A DNA stretch of 64,000 nt. It comes from an uncultured Candidatus Micrarchaeota archaeon. GTDB lineage: Archaea; Micrarchaeota; Micrarchaeia; Micrarchaeales; CABMGC01. This document shows positions 60,472 to 64,000 of this stretch, one piece after another. Made by a program: the position numbers and the translations under genes. Location: NCBI GenBank assembly GCA_963833485.1, contig CAWHXT010000006.1, positions 31,900 through 95,899 on the forward strand. Reading direction: 5' to 3'. The notes below the pieces were generated by a model, which worked only from the letters and a program-made list of their open reading frames with translations, was not told the origin of the DNA and searched no databases. Numbering within the stretch: the first letter of the stretch is position 1; each line of letters opens with the position of its first letter.

Positions 60472-61467
60472 TTATTTTGATGCACTGGAGTTCACGAACA
60501 TATCGCTCATGACACCTGCGCCGACATCATTTCTGCCCAAGTTCCCGAGTCCGAAGATTGATTCTATAGTCGCAAGCAGCGAATAGTGGGTGTAAAAGAC
60601 GTTTGATTTGAATCCAAATTTTACTATCGAAGACGGGCCTATGAAGATTGTTGCTATGTGCCCGCCAATATTGAAGTTTGTCGTTCCTTCGTCATAAGTT
60701 AGGATTATCACAGAAGAATTAAAGGAACTAGAATTTAGGATTTTAGGCATGAAAATTGAGAGCCAATTGTCTGCATACTTAATATTCGTATTGTGGCCGT
60801 CATCATTCGTGTTTGGGGTTATGAATGCGTATTGTGGAAGTTGGTTTGCTGCAAGATCGCTGTAAAACTGATCCAAGCCAACCACATGGCTCTGACAATA
60901 AGTCAGGTTGCTTGTTATATCTGTCATATATACGAATGGGTCGTGGTTTGTCACGTACACACCAAATAGACTGTTGTTTTCATCACAAGGAGTTGGTATG
61001 GATTCTTCGTAGGCCTTCCAAGACACACTTTTTGCTTTAAAAAGATCGACCAGATTCGTGGCAGACTTTTGGTTTTGGGCTACGTGGCCATCGTTGGTTA
61101 TGTTCAGCGTGGAGCCCGCAATCATAGCGATATAGTTTGGCTCTGAAGGATGTGAAACCGCGAAGTAGTTCGTTGCAATTGCATATTCATTCGCAAGTGC
61201 ATTTTCATAGGAAGCATTGGAGTTGTTTATTACAGAGGAGTATTCTACATTTTCGAGCACTATGATGATCACATGCTTTATTTTGCCGCCTGTTTGGTTT
61301 AATATCGTATTTGTGGGGTTAGATGTGGGAGACCTGAGTATCGTTGAAGCAGGAATGGTAGAAGTTGGATTGATTGAAGCAGATACGAAAAGATAAATAA
61401 TGGAGAGCAAGACTATCGCGGCTAGAAGCGCTATTATAAATTTAATATTTGTCACAGATAAAATCAA
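60472..61467 (-). CDS. secreted phosphoesterase-family protein (acid phosphatase/phospholipase C-like, PF04185 type)
   Basis: 331 aa. N-terminal TM/signal, HVIIIVLENVEYSSVI, SHPSEPNYIAMIAGS and ITPNTNDDGHN. Confidence 0.65.
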   Translation of the reverse strand: MILSVTNIKFIIALLAAIVLLSIIYLFVSASINPTSTIPASTILRSPTSNPTNTILNQTGGKIKHVIIIVLENVEYSSVINNSNASYENALANEYAIATNYFAVSHPSEPNYIAMIAGSTLNITNDGHVAQNQKSATNLVDLFKAKSVSWKAYEESIPTPCDENNSLFGVYVTNHDPFVYMTDITSNLTYCQSHVVGLDQFYSDLAANQLPQYAFITPNTNDDGHNTNIKYADNWLSIFMPKILNSSSFNSSVIILTYDEGTTNFNIGGHIATIFIGPSSIVKFGFKSNVFYTHYSLLATIESIFGLGNLGRNDVGAGVMSDMFVNSSASK

Positions 61468-61512
61468 GATTGTAAATCTATAAGACTTTGTGGGGGGGTG
61501 ATATGAGAATCA

Positions 61513-61938
61513 TTAGAACTTATTTATTTCGAGTAAGTACCAAGGATGGTGTGTTAAATCAGAATAACGTATCCATCTTGGTTGTACTTTGAAATATACA
61601 ATTCCTTCTCGTTTTTCCCATCTTTTGGCCTCTGGGTTTTTGGCAAAATATGCTCTTTTATACTTGCCTAATTCACTTTCTTTTAACATACGTGCCTTCC
61701 CTTCGTATTGCACAGTTATGTTTTCATCCCATCCAATTACTACTGCAACATTTTGATTGCGTTTTATGTTTGCGATTTTTCTAGAATTTGAAAATGCATC
61801 AAAGATTAATTCAAACTCGTCCGTTTCCCCAAATTCCATAGCTGCTGCCTCTGGCACGCCTTTAGAGTTAACAGTAGATATTACACAAATCTTATTTTTC
61901 TTAATGAATTCTAAGATTCTCTTTTTCTTTGCTTCCAT
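61513..61938 (-). CDS. pyridoxamine 5'-phosphate oxidase-family FMN-binding protein
   Basis: ATG at 61938 (MEAKKKRILEFIKKNKICVISTVNSKGVPEAAAMEF). The longer ORF prefix overlaps the tRNA-Trp 3' exon and is rejected. Confidence 0.65.
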   Translation of the reverse strand: MEAKKKRILEFIKKNKICVISTVNSKGVPEAAAMEFGETDEFELIFDAFSNSRKIANIKRNQNVAVVIGWDENITVQYEGKARMLKESELGKYKRAYFAKNPEAKRWEKREGIVYFKVQPRWIRYSDLTHHPWYLLEINKF

Positions 61939-61950
61939 TACTTTCACTTT

Positions 61951-62094
61951 GGGGTTGCCGGGATTTGAACCCGGACTTACGGGTAACACCTATTCACAAA
62001 ATCATAGCTCCAAATCTTCATCATCGCAATTTCTTGCTCAAATTTTTGTTAAACATCTGGAGCCCGCCGCGCTACCAGGTTACGCAACAACCCC
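61951..62094 (-). tRNA. tRNA-Trp (anticodon CCA) with a 72-nt intron at the canonical 37/38 position
   Basis: 5' exon 62094-62057: GGGGTTGTTGCGTAACCTGGTAGCGCGGCGGGCTCCAG. Intron 62056-61985. 3' exon 61984-61951: ACCCGTAAGTCCGGGTTCAAATCCCGGCAACCCC. Acceptor GGGGTTG/CAACCCC, anticodon stem GCGGG/CCCGT, T arm CCGGG-TTCAAAT-CCCGG. Confidence 0.85.
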
Positions 62095-62161
62095 TTCGAT
62101 AGAATTACTATAAGAAGATATTTATTTTAAAGCACGCATTAGTAACTCGCGGAGATGACCT

Positions 62162-62755
62162 ATGATAAAGTGCGTGATATTTGACATTGGGGGGGTAATA
62201 ATTGACTTCGATTGGAGGGAGCGATTACGCAAATTGATAAAACGCGCAGGAAAAAAGCTAAACGAGGTGCATTTCAGAGAGGGAATGCTCATGGGGAAGT
62301 ACGAACTTGGCCTTATAAAGGTAAACTATTTTGAAAAAGAACTGGCTAGATATCTGGGAATTAAAAAGAGCGATATTAGGTGGCTCGAGTACTATAGAAA
62401 ACACGCAAGATTGAATCCAGACATGATTGACGTCGTAACAAAGCTCAAGGAGGAAGGGTACATTGTTGCTTTTATCTCGAACACCATTATAGACGAATAT
62501 GAGGAAGCAGAGAAGCTCTTAGATTTCAGCCTTTTTGATTACAGGTTTGCATCATGCTACATAAAACTCAGGAAACCTGACCCTGAAATCTTCAAGTATG
62601 CGCTGAAAAAGATGAAACTAAAGCCAAGCGAGGCGGTATTCATAGACAATCAGATAGAGAACGTCTTAAGCGCAAGGAGTGTAGGGATAAAGTCTTACTG
62701 GTTCAGGGGGATTGAGGGGTTTACGAAGCAGCTCTCAAGGTGGAACATCTTGTAG
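62162..62755 (+). CDS. HAD-superfamily hydrolase (subfamily IA-like)
   Basis: 197 aa with motif I VIFDIGGVIIDF, FISNT and VFIDNQIENV. Confidence 0.7.
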   Translation: MIKCVIFDIGGVIIDFDWRERLRKLIKRAGKKLNEVHFREGMLMGKYELGLIKVNYFEKELARYLGIKKSDIRWLEYYRKHARLNPDMIDVVTKLKEEGYIVAFISNTIIDEYEEAEKLLDFSLFDYRFASCYIKLRKPDPEIFKYALKKMKLKPSEAVFIDNQIENVLSARSVGIKSYWFRGIEGFTKQLSRWNIL

Positions 62756-62764
62756 GTATTTTTT

Positions 62765-63766
62765 ATGCAGATCTTGAGAAGGATTGGATTTGTTTTTGCC
62801 AGACAGTGGATCGCCGGGATGAGCGTAGATGAAGCAATAAGCAATTCGAAGAAGATCAATAGTTTGGATGAGAAGGTAGTGCTGAATTATCTTGGAGAAT
62901 CTTATAATACTAAAAAGGAGGCAGAGAAGAGTCTGAATATCTACCTTGAATTGCTTGAGAAAATGAAAGAAAAGGGAATAAAGGGAAGCGTATCGATAAA
63001 ACCAACCCAACTAGGGATGCTCATAAGCGATGCACTATTCATCCGCAACTGTAAAGAGATAGTAGAGAAAGCCAAGAAGCTTGGGTACTTCGTCTGGATA
63101 GATATGGAGGAATATGAATATGTAGAAGGAACAATACGCACTTATCTGAAACTGCTTCAAAAGCACAAGAATGTTGGAATCTGTCTGCAGACCAAACTGA
63201 AGAGGAGCTTAAAGGATGCAGAGACCATCGCAGCACATGGAGGAATCGTTAGAATAGTCAAGGGAGCTTACGCGGAACCAGATGGAACCTTTTACAAGAG
63301 CAAGGAAGACGTAAGAAATAATTACCTACAGGTAATGGAGTTGTTGCTGAGGAACTCGTGCAAAATTATGATCGCCACGCATGACGATTATTTGATATAT
63401 CGAGCAGTTAGTGCAGAAAAAAGGTATAACGCAAGGGTATCTTTTGGAATGCTCAAAGGAATACGTGGCAAGCTGGCTAAGCAACTAGTTGATGATGGAG
63501 AGGACTTTTACATATATACGCCGTTTGGAGAGGAATGGGTAAAATATTCTATGAGAAGGATACGCGAGGAAGGACATGCCATTTTGTTGATAAGATCGAT
63601 TTTCCAACAGGTAGGAAGGAAAAGCGTACCGCTAATTTTGCAAAGTCTTATTGAAGTTCAGACGAGTAACTCTTCATCATTAAATCAGAAATACCTCGTA
63701 TCATCAATCGATTTAGATTATCGTTATAAATATATAATAGAGCGCTTCTGCTTAGATTATCATTAG
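62765..63766 (+). CDS. proline dehydrogenase family protein
   Basis: 333 aa with FARQWIAGMSVDEAI, VSIKPTQLG, VWIDMEEYEY, ICLQTKLKRS and VRIVKGAYAEP. Confidence 0.8.
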   Translation: MQILRRIGFVFARQWIAGMSVDEAISNSKKINSLDEKVVLNYLGESYNTKKEAEKSLNIYLELLEKMKEKGIKGSVSIKPTQLGMLISDALFIRNCKEIVEKAKKLGYFVWIDMEEYEYVEGTIRTYLKLLQKHKNVGICLQTKLKRSLKDAETIAAHGGIVRIVKGAYAEPDGTFYKSKEDVRNNYLQVMELLLRNSCKIMIATHDDYLIYRAVSAEKRYNARVSFGMLKGIRGKLAKQLVDDGEDFYIYTPFGEEWVKYSMRRIREEGHAILLIRSIFQQVGRKSVPLILQSLIEVQTSNSSSLNQKYLVSSIDLDYRYKYIIERFCLDYH

Positions 63767-64000
63767 GTTGGAATCAACATGAGGTAAGCTCCTATCAATA
63801 TCATTACGGAAAGCAGTATCTTGTTGAAAAGTCCGCGTTCCTTAAAGAAGAGTGAACCCGACAACACCACCATTATTACAGATATCGTGTTCCTCATTGG
63901 AGAGACCAAGCTAATTGCAGTGGAAGCAACCGCTACGTAATATGTAATCCTGTAACCTATCGTCAGGAACACTATCGCAATAAGCTCCTTTTTATATACC
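63763..64000 (-). CDS. partial membrane protein (C-terminal part, EamA/DMT-like), gene start beyond the window end
   Basis: Hydrophobic C-terminus ...SVIMVVLSGSLFFKERGLFNKILLSVMILIGAYLMLIPT. The frame stays open to the window edge. Confidence 0.4.
   Translation of the reverse strand, partial: VYKKELIAIVFLTIGYRITYYVAVASTAISLVSPMRNTISVIMVVLSGSLFFKERGLFNKILLSVMILIGAYLMLIPT

Noticed and set aside
61939-61989. N-terminal 17 codons (MLPVSPGSNPGNPKVKV) of ORF 61513..61989
   Set aside because: This stretch is the reverse-strand reading of the tRNA-Trp T arm and acceptor stem. The PNPOx-like protein starts more plausibly at the ATG at 61938.
1-64000. CRISPR arrays, rRNA genes, transposases/integrases and prophage-like blocks
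   Set aside because: I saw no regularly spaced direct repeats with spacers, no rRNA-like conserved stretches and no DDE, tyrosine or serine recombinase motifs in any listed ORF. The only repeats seen are the short phased TGACA array and the 20-21-nt tandem repeat inside the 7247..7591 ORF.

Overview
This is an archaeal chromosomal segment, about 90% coding. The archaeal assignment rests on the L7Ae-S28e-L24e and L30e-S12-S7-aEF-2 clusters, aRF1, RpoK, SMC, an intron-containing tRNA-Trp and pilins with class III signal peptides. A small-genome, possibly DPANN/Micrarchaeota-like lineage is only a guess.

Content, left to right:
- a tandem-HTH Lrp/AsnC regulator
- an orphan cassette (Zn-finger protein, HExxH protein, acidic protein) next to a RelE-type toxin-antitoxin pair
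- purA, orphan genes and a pilin
- a radical-SAM protein, Amt and an MFS transporter
- a compact two-subunit [NiFe]-hydrogenase with convergent maturation genes (HypC, an extended HypC-like protein, an endopeptidase), then TspO
- two more pilin paralogs
- ribosomal protein and translation genes, a type I signal peptidase and SMC
- a geranylgeranyl-reductase-like flavoprotein, RpoK, tRNA-Leu, SerRS and aRF1
- a large cell-envelope and glycosylation island: an S-layer-like giant protein, a Cys-rich N-glycosylation-rich membrane protein with a paralog, GT2 and GT4 glycosyltransferases, an AglB/STT3-like GT-C enzyme, a PIG-L-like deacetylase, AP-superfamily esterases and UppP
- MsrA, a PAPS-reductase-like protein, a YcaQ/AlkZ-like glycosylase, tRNA-Trp, a HAD hydrolase and proline dehydrogenase

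No CRISPR array, rRNA gene or transposase was seen.

The most striking observation is that at least ten conserved genes are interrupted by frame changes. They include SerRS, SMC, the signal peptidase and the S-layer candidate. One further ORF has an in-frame TGA. I cannot tell from the sequence alone whether these are assembly indels or real gene decay.

Other points of interest:
- a box C/D-like guide in the tRNA-Trp intron aimed at C34
- a minimal hydrogenase whose small subunit has a NuoB-like CC motif
- low-complexity extensions on L7Ae and S7
- a promoter-like phased repeat array in front of a 560-nt stretch with no convincing ORF and nested stems
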